A stretch of 64,000 bases of DNA, from positions 31,930,001-31,994,000 of the forward strand of contig OX597817.1 in NCBI GenBank assembly GCA_951406725.2, in the 5' to 3' direction. The DNA comes from Octopus vulgaris. Its lineage: Eukaryota. Position numbers and translations under genes: made by a program. The notes under the pieces are model-generated. The model did not search any database and was not told the origin of the DNA. It worked only from the letters and a program-made list of their open reading frames with translations. Positions 1-14,004 of the stretch are shown piece after piece. Position 1 is the first letter of the stretch. The number at the start of each line of letters is the position of its first letter.

Positions 1-262
1 ACGCCGTAGATATGGGGGCCTAGGTTGGGTTGCAGATCAGCCTTGACCGTCATCAGCCAGGTTTTTCGTTGTCCACCACGACGCTTTCGCCAACCCTGAA
101 GGGGAGCTGGGGCTTCGTAGATGAATTCTCCTGGTTGACGACGGAGGGTATGACCCCAGCCAACGCAGACGTCTCGTTAGGATGACTTGTCGCAGGGAGA
201 TGATTCTGCACTGGTGTCGCCCCGAATTGTTGGAGACAAAGTGATGCCATCGGAAAAGATAC
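1..262 (-). mobile_element. RTE-clade LINE fragment (C-terminal part of ORF, frameshifted), runs off window start
   Basis: Minus-strand translation RWHHFVSN..VILTRRLRWLG/HTLRRQPGEFIYEAPAPLQGWRKRRGGQRKTWLMTVKADL, the typical RTE C-terminal motif, with one frameshift. Confidence 0.8.
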
Positions 263-1044
263 CAATATTAAATGTGTTGCTGAACCAGAAGCTATTACCT
301 ATAGACTAGGACACCTTGCTGCTTCAATTCTTGGCTGATACAATCTGATTTCATTTATGCCGCAAATGATCTTAAAATGCATGGAAATTGCATTTTCGTT
401 ATCCTCTTCTCTTAAAGATTAGACATTTTGGACCGTGCAGAAAGGAATTAATATCATGTAATGATCAGCTGTGTAGAATATTAGCGTACTTCGTGTTTCC
501 AATTCCAAATTAGACATTTTCCGTTCATTTAAACTTGGAAATCTCACTTAATTCTTTCTCTTATGATTTTATACCTGATTAAAAGAGACCAACGCTTTTA
601 GAACAGATATCGTTATGAGTAACCAGAAACTAACAACTCATATACTGAACCAATATTTTACCTCCCTTTCCATCAGTATCAGATGATAAATTTGAGGAAG
701 CCTTTCAAATGCATATATATGTATACACGCACACATTCAAAGTTGTACTTGTTTGAGAGGATAGATTAGAACAGAAGTCGTCTAAAAACGCAAAAAACGT
801 TGGATACATGTTTCATTTATTATTTGGCAAAATTTTCGTCGCACCACTGCGGCTTAGTTTGTGACACAGCTCTCCTCATTTGGACACATAGCGCAAGAAC
901 ACATACCGCAATATATTCTACTCGACGTTCTAACAATGGTTCTCAACTGGGATCAAAATGGCCTTTGGAGGTCCGTATAAGATTTTGTTGTTAAAATTTA
1001 TGTGCAATAAACTGGTTATATTTCAACAACACACAGCAGATTCC

Positions 1045-1330
1045 TTTATTCTTTTATTCTTTTATTCTTTTATCTGTTTCAGTCATGTGACTGTGACTGT
1101 GCTAGAGCACCACTTTGAAGGGTTTTCACACGAACAAATCGACTCAGAGCTTATTTTTAAAACCTAGAATTTAATATATATATACGTCCCCATAACTTAG
1201 CGATTCGGCAAAAAAGACCGATAGAATAAGTACTAAGCTTACAAAGAATAAGTTCTGGGGGTCGATTTGTTCGACTAAAGACGGTGCTACAGTATGACCG
1301 CAGTCAAATGACTGAAACAAGTAAAAGAGT
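1045..1330. mobile_element. Two oppositely oriented 3' fragments of SINE family A
   Basis: 1045-1160 (-) and 1184-1330 (+) both match the family A tail (gtcgatttgttcg..cagtcaaatgactgaaacaagtaaaagag). Confidence 0.75.
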
Positions 1331-1514
1331 TATAAAATCATCCAGAAATTCCACAGAGAAAATAATGGTTTAGATAGGTATTCTTCTTAAACTCCTGGTA
1401 CTTCTTCGTAGAGAGGCACAGTCAAAGAAATGCAAGAGGAAAAAACACAGAGACAATGATGTGATGAGCTTTACGCAAAATTACCAAAATGTGGTTTAAG
1501 AAGAAACAAAGACG

Positions 1515-1960
1515 ACCAGGCAGAATCGATAGTGCGTCGGGAAAATGTATAGTTACATCTTTTTTTCCGGCACTTTAAGTCTTGTGTTCAAATCCTGCCT
1601 CGGTCAGCGTTACCTGTTTTCTTGTCAGAGTCGAGAAAATAATGTACAAGCCGAGTGCTGAGACTCGAAGATTTCGATTAACCTTCCCCCACATCAAAAT
1701 TTTTAGTCTTGCGTTTAAATCCGAAAACATTATTTAAAACAGGCGGAGAGCTGGCGGGATCGTTAGCACGTCGGACAAAACACTTAGCGGCATTTCGTCC
1801 GTCTTTACGTTCTAAATTCAAATTCCTCGATGTACACTTTGCTTTTCATCCATTGAGGGTCGTTAAATAAGTACCAGTTGAGCACTGAGGTCGATGTAAT
1901 CCATTAGCCTTTCTCCACCACAAAATTTCGGGCTTTGCGCTCAAAATAGAAAGGTTTATT
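1515..1960 (+). mobile_element. Two degenerate copies of SINE family B (Deu/Nin-domain-like)
   Basis: aaggcggagagctggcgggatcgttagcacg..ttcaaattcc..ttttcatcc..aagtaccag matches other B copies. Confidence 0.7.
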
Positions 1961-2679
1961 ATTAGTAGTATTATTGTTGTTGTTGTTGTTGTTGTTGTTG
2001 TTTGTAGTTGGCTGTAATTATTTATTTTTATTTCCATTTATTTGTTTTCTTTATTTTCTCGGGTATTTCCTCTACGTCTGACCTATAGACGAACCCTGGA
2101 CATATTGAAAATAGATTAGTTCTAAAAATGATGGGGTTACCAAACTAAAATGGAGACAGGGAATGAATGAAGGATAGAAAGAGGTGAAATAGTTGCAGAG
2201 AGTAAGGGAGAATCGAGGAAGAAAGAGAAAAGAAAAACGGAATAAAAGGCAAAGTAGAGGGGAGGGGAAGATTTATAAGTGTAAGGAAACACATAGGAGT
2301 GCGCATGTACGTATACATGTGCGCATGTGTACTGGTGTGGACGCATGTGGTTACCCGTGTGTGTGTGTATGTGTGCATGGTTGTATGTGAGGTGCACGGG
2401 TTGTGAGGCAAACGGAGAGAAACATGAAATGAAAGTGCGAAAGAGAGAGCGAGAGAGAGAGAGTGAGAGAGAGAGCTAAAGAGGGAAAGAGAGTGAGAGA
2501 GCAAAGGAAGGAGAGAGAGAATTTTGCGTTTCAGTTTGGATGAAAACACGATCATGGGCAAATAAACACAGCTACATATTATACTAGAAGCAGCAGTCAA
2601 ATCTCCTTCAAACAACAACTGAAATTGTAAGAGAGAAAGCTAGGAGTATCTGTAGGAGAAAGAAAGACACAAAGACACA

Positions 2680-2738
<59 letters not shown>

Positions 2739-2944
2739 GAAGGAAGAAAACAATTTGCTCAAGAAAGTAAACGGAGCAAGTTTGGTTTGCTGAGTGAACT
2801 GTTGTAGGAAGGAGCTTGGAGAGAAGTTGGCCAGAGGTGAACTGTTTGGTGAGATCTTGCCTTTTCACACGAGAACTTGTGGCCATCCATGAGTTCATGG
2901 AGCACGTTTTCAACTCCAGCAGCAGCAGCAGCAGCAGCAGCAGT

Positions 2945-3013
<69 letters not shown>

Positions 3014-3030
3014 TGTAGTAGTAGTAGTAG
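2680..3030. repeat. (AAAG)n and compound (CAG)n/(TAG)n microsatellites
   Basis: Directly visible. Confidence 0.95.
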
Positions 3031-3670
3031 TTCCATAATCTTTTCCTGGGTGAAATGAGCGATATGTGATCTTGCATTAACGTGTAAAAAGAACAGCTAT
3101 TTCCGTTTGACCGATAATGGTTGCATTTTCCGCAAGATTTTGTATAAGGCTTCCAATTGATGACAATACATCTCTGCATTGGCAGTTTCGTTTTGGTTTA
3201 ACACTTCTTGATAGACGACACCTTTCATATTCCACTCAACACACTGAATAACGTTTTTCGAGTGTAGTCGTGGTTTGGGGATGGAGTTTACTTTTTTCCT
3301 TGGAAGCTAACCATCGTTGCTTTTGCTGGATATGATTACAGGGTATTTACTTTTTAACACTTAAGATGATTGTATATAGGAAGGTTTCAGTAGTAAGTCT
3401 GCCCTTCAATGACTTGCAGAAACGGCGATTCTTTGATTAAGCTGAGAGGCAGTCAGACGTTGAGTGCCTCAATAACCAGGTTTAGACTCTTTTCTGAGTT
3501 CACGAAGGTGATTTATGATCGAAGTGTGACTTGAATTCAACTGTTTTGGTAATTCTTGTGCAATTTGCAAATTTGCTTAGGATTTTTCTCAACTACGGTT
3601 TTCGGAAACTCAGTATTGTCACAACTTGGTCCGGATCGATGGGAATTTCTATGCGTCTTCGCGTATGTGT
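3031..3670 (-). pseudogene. Decayed mariner transposase
   Basis: Minus translation FLYTIILSVKK*I..QKQRWL..PKPRLHSKNVIQCVEWNMKGVVYQEVL..FLHVNARSHIAHFTQEKIME, matching mariner GDEKW / LHDNARPH regions, with stops. Confidence 0.8.
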
Positions 3671-4924
3671 TTTCCACCAACACACCACTGCTTATAAAAG
3701 GAGGTTGGTTGGTTGGTTGGTTGGTTTGCGTCCCCGTAAGTTAACGGTACAGCAAAGACACTGATAGAATACGTACCAGATTTATAAACAGAATTATAAA
3801 TAATGGGGTCGATTAAAACTCTTCAAGGTGTCGCATCAGCATGACTGTAATCCAATGACTGAAACATTTTAAAGATATTAGGACAAGCTTGGAATTAAAC
3901 AATATCAACAACGATTTCCTGATATGTATTTCCTTGAAGACTGAGAAATTAAAGCTAAAATCAAATTGTACCAGATCGTAAATAAAACATAGTGGCCGTT
4001 ATCAGGTCCCTCCTAAAACCATAACGCTGTACTTGTATGGTTATTACTGTTTGTAAATATATTACCCTTACAATTTTCTCCTTCCATACTTTTTGTCGAA
4101 AACACGAAACCATTATGAATTGCTCAAATAATGAAAATTTCAAGATATTGTATCATAACGAGGGAATACCATAATCGTGTTGGTTGTGGAGCACCATGAA
4201 AGAGTTGGTCTTAAAGCGGACATTCAACTACAAGAGTACTTAGGAATTTCCCCTTGTCTTCTCTAGGCTTACAAGAGTTGAATCCAGCACTAGCATCTAA
4301 CGAGTCTATTTACAGTTATGTGGACTGAGCCGTTCGAGAGTTAAATGACTTGGAGGCACTTTCGGTCGTTTCTTTGCTAGTCAGAGGACAAACACACTGC
4401 GCAGCTTAAAACTACGACATGGTTCTGAGATGTCTTTAGCAAAGTTACAAGTATTTAGCTCAGACTCTCGGTTACTTCCCCTGCCAATGATTGCACATTA
4501 ATCTAGGAGGGTCTGCAAAGTAGACTGTATCTCTTCCCCACACCAACAAATTGACACCCCACAATTTACAAAAAGAAAGCTGTCATCCAAACAGTGACAG
4601 GAGGGAATAGAGATGACTAAGGCAATTGAATAACCGACAAATATCTTTTAAAGGATTTGGTTTCTTTCCTTTCAGTCGAATCCCTCAGAGATAGATATTG
4701 CTTTCCATCCCTCCAATATGATAAATGGCTTTTTTCTATAAACTTCGATGCAAGATGGTGGAGTCAGAGAAATCGTAGAGTACTGGATTAAATGCCCTTT
4801 GTTTCTCTTCCGCTCCGAGTTTAAACCATGCCAGAGTTAACTCTTTTATTACACTCCGAGTATTTTCATCTCTTCGCAGGTTCATAAAATAAGTAATAAA
4901 GATGTATTATCTGTAATTTTTTAA

Positions 4925-5182
4925 TCTTTTATTTCTTTGAGTCATTAGACTGCGGCCATATTGGAGGACTGCCTTAAAGAATTTAGGCTGAATGAATCGG
5001 CCTCAGTGATTATTATTTTTTTTTCTTTCAAGATTGGTAGTTATTCTATTGGTCTCATTAGCCGAACCACAAGGTTACAGAGACATAAATACATTAGTAT
5101 GGCTATCATGCAGGGGTGGGTGGGACAAACACAGATAGAAAGACACACACACACACACGAACAAACACATGTATATATATAT

Positions 5183-5223
<41 letters not shown>

Positions 5224-5269
5224 ATAAAACTTCCTTGGAAGAGGATGCGTGGCGTTCAATCATATAATA

Positions 5270-5306
<37 letters not shown>

Positions 5307-5462
5307 CGACGTGCTTCTTTTAGTTTCCGTCTACCAAATCCACTCACAAGACTTTGGTGGGCCCGAGTAGAATACACTTGCCCAAGGTGTCACGCAGTGG
5401 GACAGTGCCCGGAACCATCTGGTTGGGAAGCAAACTACTTACCACACAGCCAAACCTGCACT
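4925..5462 (-). mobile_element. SINE family A (tRNA-derived head, internal TA/CA microsatellite)
   Basis: Reverse complement of ggctgtgtggtaagta..ttccgggcactgtcccactgcgtgacaccttgggcaagtg head plus family tail. Confidence 0.85.
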
Positions 5463-6107
5463 TACTGAGCTGAATATGATTGACTCTACCCTAACTTATA
5501 AACCGGACGTCTAGTACTAATTTAAGAAATCAACAATTATACCTACTCGCAATAAACTTTTTTTATCGACCTCCTATCTACTCCAACAACAATCAGCGTC
5601 ATTTTTTTTTCTCACTTGACTTCTTTCTTCATTACGCAGACCTACGATCAAAGGCGTTCCACCTATGACCACCAGCCCTCTTTTGAGGAGTTAGGGAGCA
5701 TTATAAAATTAGAACTACATTAATTGTCCTTCCATTTTAAATATGGTAAGCTTTAATTTGAAAGAGGTTTAGCTGCTATTCTTAACAGATTGAGCGATAA
5801 CCTATACAGGCTTTCTCTTCATAGTTATTAGCAATCAGGTGACTGTGAAGCCCAAAGAAGACGCCTGTATGTGATCAATAAACTTGCTAGAAAACGCAGT
5901 TAAATCTCCTTTGCCGTCTTTAAAGAGAAAAAGGAAGAACACGTTTGAATGATATTATCTGCATTAAGTGTGTCACAAAATTATGACAGAATAGGTCACT
6001 TCTCAAGCGCCTTTCATCATAGATCTGTTGAGCCATGACTCAGCTGGAACTAAAACAACTTAGATAAAAAGAAGGGATCAGTGAAAAGCTAATCTTTTCT
6101 ACTGAAT

Positions 6108-6307
6108 ACTCTTTTACCCTTTTACTTGTTTCAGTCATTTGACTGCGGCCATGCTGGAGCACCACCTTTAGTCGAACAAATCGACCCCGGGACTTATTTT
6201 TTGTAAGCCCAGTACTTATTCTATCGGTATCTTTTTGCCGAACCGCTAAGTGACGGGGACATAAACACACCAGCATCGATTGTCAAGCAATGCTAGGGGG
6301 ACAAACA

Positions 6308-6389
<82 letters not shown>

Positions 6390-6552
6390 CATATATACGA
6401 CAGGCTTCTTTCAGTTTCCGTCTACCAAATCCAGTCACAAGGCATTGGTTGGCCCGAGGCTATAGCAGAAGACACTTGCCCAAGATGCCACGCAGTGGGA
6501 CTGAACCCGGAACCATGTGGTTGGTTAGCAAGCTACTTACCACACAGCCACT
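6108..6552 (-). mobile_element. SINE family A, near full length
   Basis: Close match to copies at 10604, 14005, 19562, 35583; A/B-box-like head. Confidence 0.9.
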
Positions 6553-7143
6553 CGTATGTATTTCATACCTCTCGAATGAACCCGGATCGATTGAAAATCG
6601 AACTATTTCTTAATTTTCCATCACCATATGAACAGACCCTTCACACTCCATTCCAACATTCACAATATTGAACGCGCTAAACAAGGGAAATTTATGTAAT
6701 CGATTGATCTGCTAGAAGAAAAAAAACACCCGAATTCCTTTTAATCACATCCTGCCTTATCCATTAATAAAGTAGAGACTACAAAATACAGAAATAAATA
6801 AATAGATGCTTCAAACTTTGTCACAATGCCAGCAATGTTTAGAGGGGATGAGGGCAAGTCGATTACGATCGAGTTCAGTACTTGACTAGTACTTTAAATT
6901 ATTGTTGTATCGACGCCCCCAGACGATGAAGTTACGCTAACCCAATACGTATAAATAGAGGGAGGAGTCCAAACGTCGAGGAGTTGAGCAGAGGTCATCC
7001 GAACGTGCGATATAACAGATGTGACGAGGATTTCGTAGCTCACACAGCCACTGTGCTGTATTGCGATACAACAATTATCGATCTCAAAAGGCTTAAACGC
7101 TATGTTGACCTCGGCGGGATTTGAACTCATAACGTAGAGCTTC

Positions 7144-8102
7144 TAAATAAATACCTATTTCTTTATTACCCACAAGGGGCTAAACACAGAGCGGACAAAC
7201 AAGGACAGACATAGTATTAAGTCGATTACATCGACCCCAGTGCGTAACTGGTACTTGATTTATCGACCCCGAAAGGATGAAAGGCAAAGTCGACCTCGGC
7301 GGAATTTGAACTCAGAACGTAAAGACAGACGAAATACCTATTTCTTTATTACCCACAAGGGGCTAAACACAGAGCGGACAAACAAGGACAGACATAGGTA
7401 TTAAGTCGATTACATCGACCCCAGTGCGTAACTGGTACTTGATTTATCGACCCCGAAAGGATGAAAGGCAAAGTCGACCTCGGCGGAATTTGAACTCAGA
7501 ACGTAAAGACAGACGAAATACCTATTTCTTTATTACCCACAAGGGGCTAAACACAGAGCGGACAAACAAGGACAGACATAGGTATTAAATCGATTACATC
7601 GACCCCAGTGCGTGTCTGGTACTTAATTTATCGACCCCGAAAGGATGAAAGGCAAAGTCGACCTCGGCGGAATTTGAACTCAGAACGTAAAGACAGACGA
7701 AATACCTATTTCTTTATTACCCACAAGGGGCTAAACACAGAGCGGACAAACAAGGACAGACATAGGTATTAAGTCAATTACATCGACCCCAGTGCGTGTC
7801 TGGTACTTAATTTATCGACCCTGAAAGGATGAAAGGCAAAGTCGACCTCGGCGGAATTTGAACTCAGAACGTAAAGACAGACGAAATACCTATTTCTTTA
7901 TTACCCACAAGGGGCTAAACACAGAGCGGACAAACAAGGACAGACATAGGTATTAAATCGATTACATCGACCCCAGTGCGTGTCTGGTACTTAATTTATC
8001 GACCCCGAAAGGATGAAAGGCAAAGTCGACCTCGGCGGAATTTGAACTCAGAACGTAAAGACAGACGAAATACCGCTAAGCATTTCACCCTAAATAAATA
8101 CC
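7144..8102 (-). repeat. Tandem array of five ~184-bp units of SINE family B, flanked by a 12-bp TSD
   Basis: Unit starts about 7149, 7332, 7516, 7700, 7884; taaataaatacc at 7144 and 8091; flanks are an older B copy. Confidence 0.9.
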
Positions 8103-9275
8103 ACTGTGCATTTTGTCCAGCGCACTAACGATTCTGCCAGATCGCTACCCTACAAATAAATGAAGACCTCATGGTTATGGCTAGAACGCTGTTGATCACA
8201 GGACTAAGCAATCAAGATTGACAGTAACAGCAACAAAGGAACATTGGATTTAATTTAATCCATTCAAAGCAACTCCCACTAACATGTTAATATTACATCA
8301 GTACAAAAATTTTACCTGTATCCGCCCCTATATAGTTCATCATACATGCTATAGCACTTTTAGCTCGTCCCTTTTATTTACACACACGCGCGCATACAGA
8401 CACATCATATGTAATATATAACTATTAGCTCCTCCTTCCATACAATAACCTACTCTTATTTCTTTATTTAGCTCCACCTATGTATGCTAACGCATATAAT
8501 TCCTCCCACTCAAAGGCGCTGTGTCAGCTCTCACTTAGTTTAGCTCCTCCCAACTATACCACCAACTTTTGTCTTCCTATGTAATCTTCCCGCCCATTTG
8601 CTTTTACTCCACCTACTTGGAATAATACTTCGCGTATATATATATTATTTCTTGAACTTATGATATAAACCCAAGACAGATTCTGTTTATTTTTTTTTTA
8701 GTATTTCATATAATAAATGTTTACGCCATGTAATAAATCTCCTTTACATGTCATATTCATGTTACACTGTACATGTCATAAATATATATCATTTAGCTAT
8801 GCATTTATATTCGCATATTATATATTATTCCATATGACATATATAACTTAATATTTGCATGTCACACACGTTTAAATTCAAAGTACTTGTAGGTGTTTGG
8901 TGTACCTCACCCTCCCACAGCAAGGCCCATACAGGAGCACCAGTCTATCAAAACTAATTATAAACAAAGAATGCTAAATCGTACGGGCCAATACTAAATC
9001 GTAACGCATATATACGGAAAGAAGCAAAAGTTTGTACGAAAACATCTGTAGACATAGAAGCTAAATCTTCTTCACATCACACTCTATCGCCTTCAAAAAG
9101 GAGGATGACATTGAACATCGTAGTCGGATGTGCGTGCGTGTGTGTGAGTATGTGTGTGTGTGTGTGTGTGTGTGTTTGTAAGCCTACAGCAAGGCCTATA
9201 CATAGGTAATACAACAGTAGTGCCTACGGATACATTTATCCTTTAGACGGTTGCATAACCTCTAACTCTAAATTC

Positions 9276-9512
<237 letters not shown>

Positions 9513-9706
9513 GAGTGTATGTGCATACATTAATGACTGATGCATCTGGATACATCTTCAGTGTTGTGCCTGGTATCATCGGGTGTTTCGGGTCTTTCAA
9601 CATAATACGCCCTCCTCCAGGAGGAGTGACCATGTGGTGGAGAAGCACGCTTTGTAATAACGTGATTTCAAGTCCAGTCCCATTGCGTCTTCTACTACAG
9701 CCCCGG

Positions 9707-10260
9707 GGCGCAAAATGTTTTTTCCCAAGTGAGTTCCGGAGCCCAGCAATGAAATTATTCGCATGCAGCCAATCAGAACTTACCTTGACCTTGTTGTCAA
9801 GTTAAAAACACACTCTACAAACTCAAAACGAAGAACGACGTTATAAGTCGACCGATCGCCAAGTTATGCCAAGTTATGCCTGATTTTAGAAGTAATTAAA
9901 GAGATTTGCATCTATACCTATTATCAGATTTTGTTAGGGCCCCATATGGTGATGATGTGGATGGGTTAAATGTGGGTAGAGGGTGATGTGCTGGCAACCC
10001 TCTTCCCTTAATGTTTTACAAAGTAAACAGCAAAATAAATAACTATGCAGAGACAGCCATGGTTGAAACAAGAACAAGAACAACAAACATTATTAAAAGA
10101 GAAAAAGAGGCATGGTCATTCCCTACCCAAGTGACCTTATCTTATCGCCCATCACTTGTTATGTACTCATAAATTAGTTTGGTAGTTGAGCTCTGATTGG
10201 CTGTTTTCGAATGAGTTCATAACTGGGGTCCGGAACTCTCGTGGGAAAAAAATTCGCGCC
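9707..10260. mobile_element. Non-autonomous DNA transposon/MITE with ~85-bp imperfect TIRs, inserted in a family A SINE
   Basis: ggcgcaaaatgtttttcccaagtgagttccgga..cagccaatcaga vs tctgattggctg..tccggaactctcgtgggaaaaaaattcgcgcc; SINE A sequence resumes on both sides (9626-9706, 10261-10590). Confidence 0.7.
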
Positions 10261-10603
10261 TCGGACCGCCAATGCCTAGTGAGTGCATTTGATAGACAGA
10301 AACTGTGCGGAAGCCCGTCTTGTATATTATATGAGTGCGTGTGTGTGTGTGTGTGTATTATGTATGTATATGTATATGTGTATATGTCTTTGTGTTCGTT
10401 ATCAACCACCTACCCGTCGCTTGACAACAGGTGTTGGTTTGTTTACATCCCCGTAAACATTGGCTGTTCGGCAAAAGTAAATGGTAGAATAATAACCAGA
10501 TTTAAAATGATAAGTGTTGGATTCGATTTGTTCGCCTAAACTCTACAAAGCGGTGCCCCCATCATGTCCACTGTTCAATTGCCGAAAAAAAAGATAAAAA
10601 GAA

Positions 10604-10992
10604 AGGAGTGGCTGTGTGGTAAGTAGCTTGTTTACCAACCACAATGGTCCGGGTTCAGTCCCACTGCGTGGCACCTTGGGCAAGTGTCTTCTACTATAGC
10701 CTCGGGGCGACCAAAGCCTTATGAGTGGATTTAGTAGACGGAAACTGAAAGAAGGCCGTCGTATATGTGTATATATATGTATGTGTGTGTATATGTTTGT
10801 GTGTCTATGCTTGTTCCCCAACATCGCTTGATAACCGATGCTGGTGTCTTTACGTCCCCGTTACTTAGCGGTTCGGCAAAAGAGACCGATAGAATAAGTA
10901 CTAGGCTTACAAAGAATAAGTCCTGGGGTCGATTTGCTCGATTAAAGGCGGTGCCCCAGCATGGCCGCAGTCAAATGCCTGAAACAAGTAAA
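10604..10992 (+). mobile_element. SINE family A
   Basis: ggagtggctgtgtggtaagtagcttg..gggttcagtcccactgcg..gaaacaagtaaa. Confidence 0.9.
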
Positions 10993-11363
10993 TATTATAA
11001 CAGGATGGTAACGGCTTCAATGCTTTTGATCGCATGTCAGATCGATCAGGGCTGCTTTGGGGGTTAATCAACAACTAGAATATCTAACTGAGATACATGA
11101 AATGGTTATACGGCCCAAGTAAATAACTGGTACTTATTTTATCGAATCACACAAAAAAAAAAAAAACTGACAAAAAACACATACTCCGCCGCAGGGAGAT
11201 TTGAACGCAAATCGTAATGGCGTCTATCAAGATAATTGCTCCAATCTCTGCTACACACCACACGGGTTCAGTGTACCTTATTATCACATTTTTCATGAAT
11301 TGTTACACATTATACTTATAAGTTTTTGAGTTACTGGTTCGGTATTGTTGTTTTTATCGATGA

Positions 11364-12124
11364 CTAGCAGTATCGCCCGGCGTTGCTCAGGTTTGTAAGG
11401 GAAATAACTATAAAGCATTTTTAGAGAGTTATAGCCAAAAAATAGCAAAAAAAGGGGAAAAAATGATGGTAAATTTTTTTTTGAGAGTTAAAAAAGGTGG
11501 AGTTGCGTCCCCTAGACGGTCTGTGGTTTGGGTTTCTGATTCTCGACCCCATGTCGAATTTATCGATTTTTTTCAGAACTGGGGGAACTTTTCAAAATTT
11601 TCGCTGCGTTAGTTTTGAATTATGACATTGGGCTATGTGTGTGTCAAGTTTCATCAGAATCGGTTGAAAGCCGTGGTCAGAGTGAGGGTACGAGAAAACA
11701 GACACACAGAAAACGCACAAACTGCCGTTTATATAGAGAGAGATAGCAGTATCGCCCGGCGTTGCTCAGGTTTGTAAGGGAAATAACTATAAAGCATTTT
11801 TAGAGAGTTATAGCCAAAAAATAGCAAATAAAGGGAAAAAAATGATGGTAAATTTTTTTGAGAGTTAAAAAAGGTGGAGTTGCGTCCCCTAGACGGTCTG
11901 TGGTTTGGGTTTCTGATTCTCGACCCCATGTCGAATTTATCGATTTTTTTCAGAACTGGGGGAACTTTTCAAAATTTTCGCTGCGTTAGTTTTGAATTAT
12001 GACATTGGGCTATGTGTGTGTCAAGTTTCATCAGAATCGGTTGAAAGCCGTGGTCAGAGTGAGGGTACGAGAAAACAGACACACAGAAAACGCACAGACA
12101 AACTGCCGTTTATATAGAGAGAGA
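11364..12124 (-). mobile_element. Head-to-tail dimer of a ~380-bp non-autonomous Helitron
   Basis: On minus strand starts a|TC, ends with hairpin cctgagcaacgccggg plus CTAG|t; two near-identical units joined at 11743/11744. Confidence 0.85.
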
Positions 12125-12789
12125 TGGTATATTCTGATCAGTCGAGCCTTACCTATTCTTTGTATAAAATGTTCATACGTTATTTGAACAGTAGGGCGCG
12201 ATCTTTTTAATGGGTCGAGCGACCACGCAAAATCTTCGCTAGATCTCCGTTGATATGTTTTTACTTGCTACGGTTACTGTCTGATAAAACCGGAATAGTT
12301 AAGTAATACAATAAATGCTTTATGATACACAAACACACGCACGCACGCACGCACACACACACACACACACACACGCACACACACACACACACACACATAC
12401 ACATATATATATATATATATATTCTTGTATTTTTTTACTTGTTTCAGTCATTTTATTTTGACCATACTGAAGGGTTTTAGTCGGACAATCGACCCCAGGA
12501 CTTACTTTTAAGCATAGTAGTCATTCTGGGTTTTTTTGTTTGCCGAACTGCTAAGTTACAGGGACGTAAACACTCCAGTACCGACTTTTTAGCGGTAGGG
12601 GGGGGGGTAAATGCAGACAAAGACATACACACACATTTATATATATATGATAAGGACACACGAATGTGTCTGCCTGCTAGAAATAAGAGTTAAAACCCTC
12701 GTTTGAACTACCAAAAAATAACACTGAAAATAATAACAGAATTAACAATACTCGGGCAAATATACATATTCAATCCTGAATATTTACTC

Positions 12790-12865
<76 letters not shown>

Positions 12866-12870
<5 letters not shown>

Positions 12871-13140
12871 TAATAAGGGTGAAAAATTGAATATTATTTT
12901 GATTAATATCAATTAAAAACCAGTCGTCTAGCATATAGAAAAATCTGAAGATTCAGAAAAATTATATTACATACATATAAGAGAGATGACCACTAAGTGG
13001 ACATGCATTTTACTAGAACGTTCTGGTGTTTGCTAAATTTTCTTGAGAACATTCCTTTCTTAGTGGTAAGACGATAGGGGGGCGACTTCTAGCAAAATGG
13101 ATGTCCATTTAGTGGTCATCCCTCTTATATGTATGTAATA
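12866..13140. mobile_element. Fold-back insertion between (TA)n tracts, probable Penelope-like terminus
   Basis: 12964-13018 is an inverted repeat of 13087-13140; left end aataagggtga resembles the end at 48340-48380. Confidence 0.5.
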
Positions 13141-13173
13141 TATATATATATATATATACACATGCATACAAAG

Positions 13174-13375
13174 CAGTGCTTTTCAACATTTTGGCTGGAG
13201 CGGAACCCCAAGGAAACATTCCACTGGCTCGAGGAACCCCTGTGCAATAATTTAATAGTCTTTTGCACACATATCTGCACAGGAGAATTAAAAATTACTG
13301 CCGATTTTAGCAGTTTTTTTAACTTCTTGCGGATACCCTGGACTGTACTGGCGGAACCCTGGTTGAAAACCACTG
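13174..13375. mobile_element. hAT-type MITE
   Basis: TIRs cagtgcttttcaac / gttgaaaaccactg; exact 8-bp TSD atacaaag. Confidence 0.9.
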
Positions 13376-14004
13376 ATACAAAGCTTCAGATCAATAGGAA
13401 AGTGGGAACTAGATTATGTGAAATGTATGAATTTCTCAAGAGCAACAGTGGTGCAATTAAAAGAAATTATTCCAGATGGGAATCGAAAACCGAATCGTAG
13501 ACCACAAGGATCATTGGATGCTGGCTTCTACGCTAAGACACTTGTCTGAAACGATATATACAAAAGCCAAATGATATATACAAAACTGATATATACAAAA
13601 CACAACTGAAATATACACAAGTCTATATTAGCCCCATGTTGTAGGTGGGGAGGGAAGCATTTAGATGTGTTAAACATATATGTCACTAAAGACCATCCGA
13701 GAGTGTGATGAAAACTTGCTTATTACACCCTAAACGCCATATTTAAACCCATGTGAATAGAGAAACTATTATAATTTTTCTTTTCTGTTCCTTTTGCCTA
13801 TTTCGTGTATATTAATTCGGGTAATGAGACTAAAATTACTTCTACGATTCCAAAAAGAGCCAAATATCCTTAGGGTTATTTTGCAGTATTCTTGAATAGT
13901 TCGCCTTCTTTCAGATTATCAGGGGGAAGTCATTGGATCGAAGCATTCCGCTGCTAAGCTATTTTAATATAACGATCTTAGTTAGAACTGATATATTTAC
14001 TTTC

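Noticed and set aside
53-265. 70-aa ORF as a host exon
   Set aside because: Alternative frames give a clear RTE LINE C-terminus
2137-2900. Promoter or 5' UTR of a host gene
   Set aside because: GA-rich tract and short motifs only; no downstream exon identifiable
7149-8068. CRISPR-like array
   Set aside because: Units are contiguous SINE copies with no unique spacers; eukaryotic context
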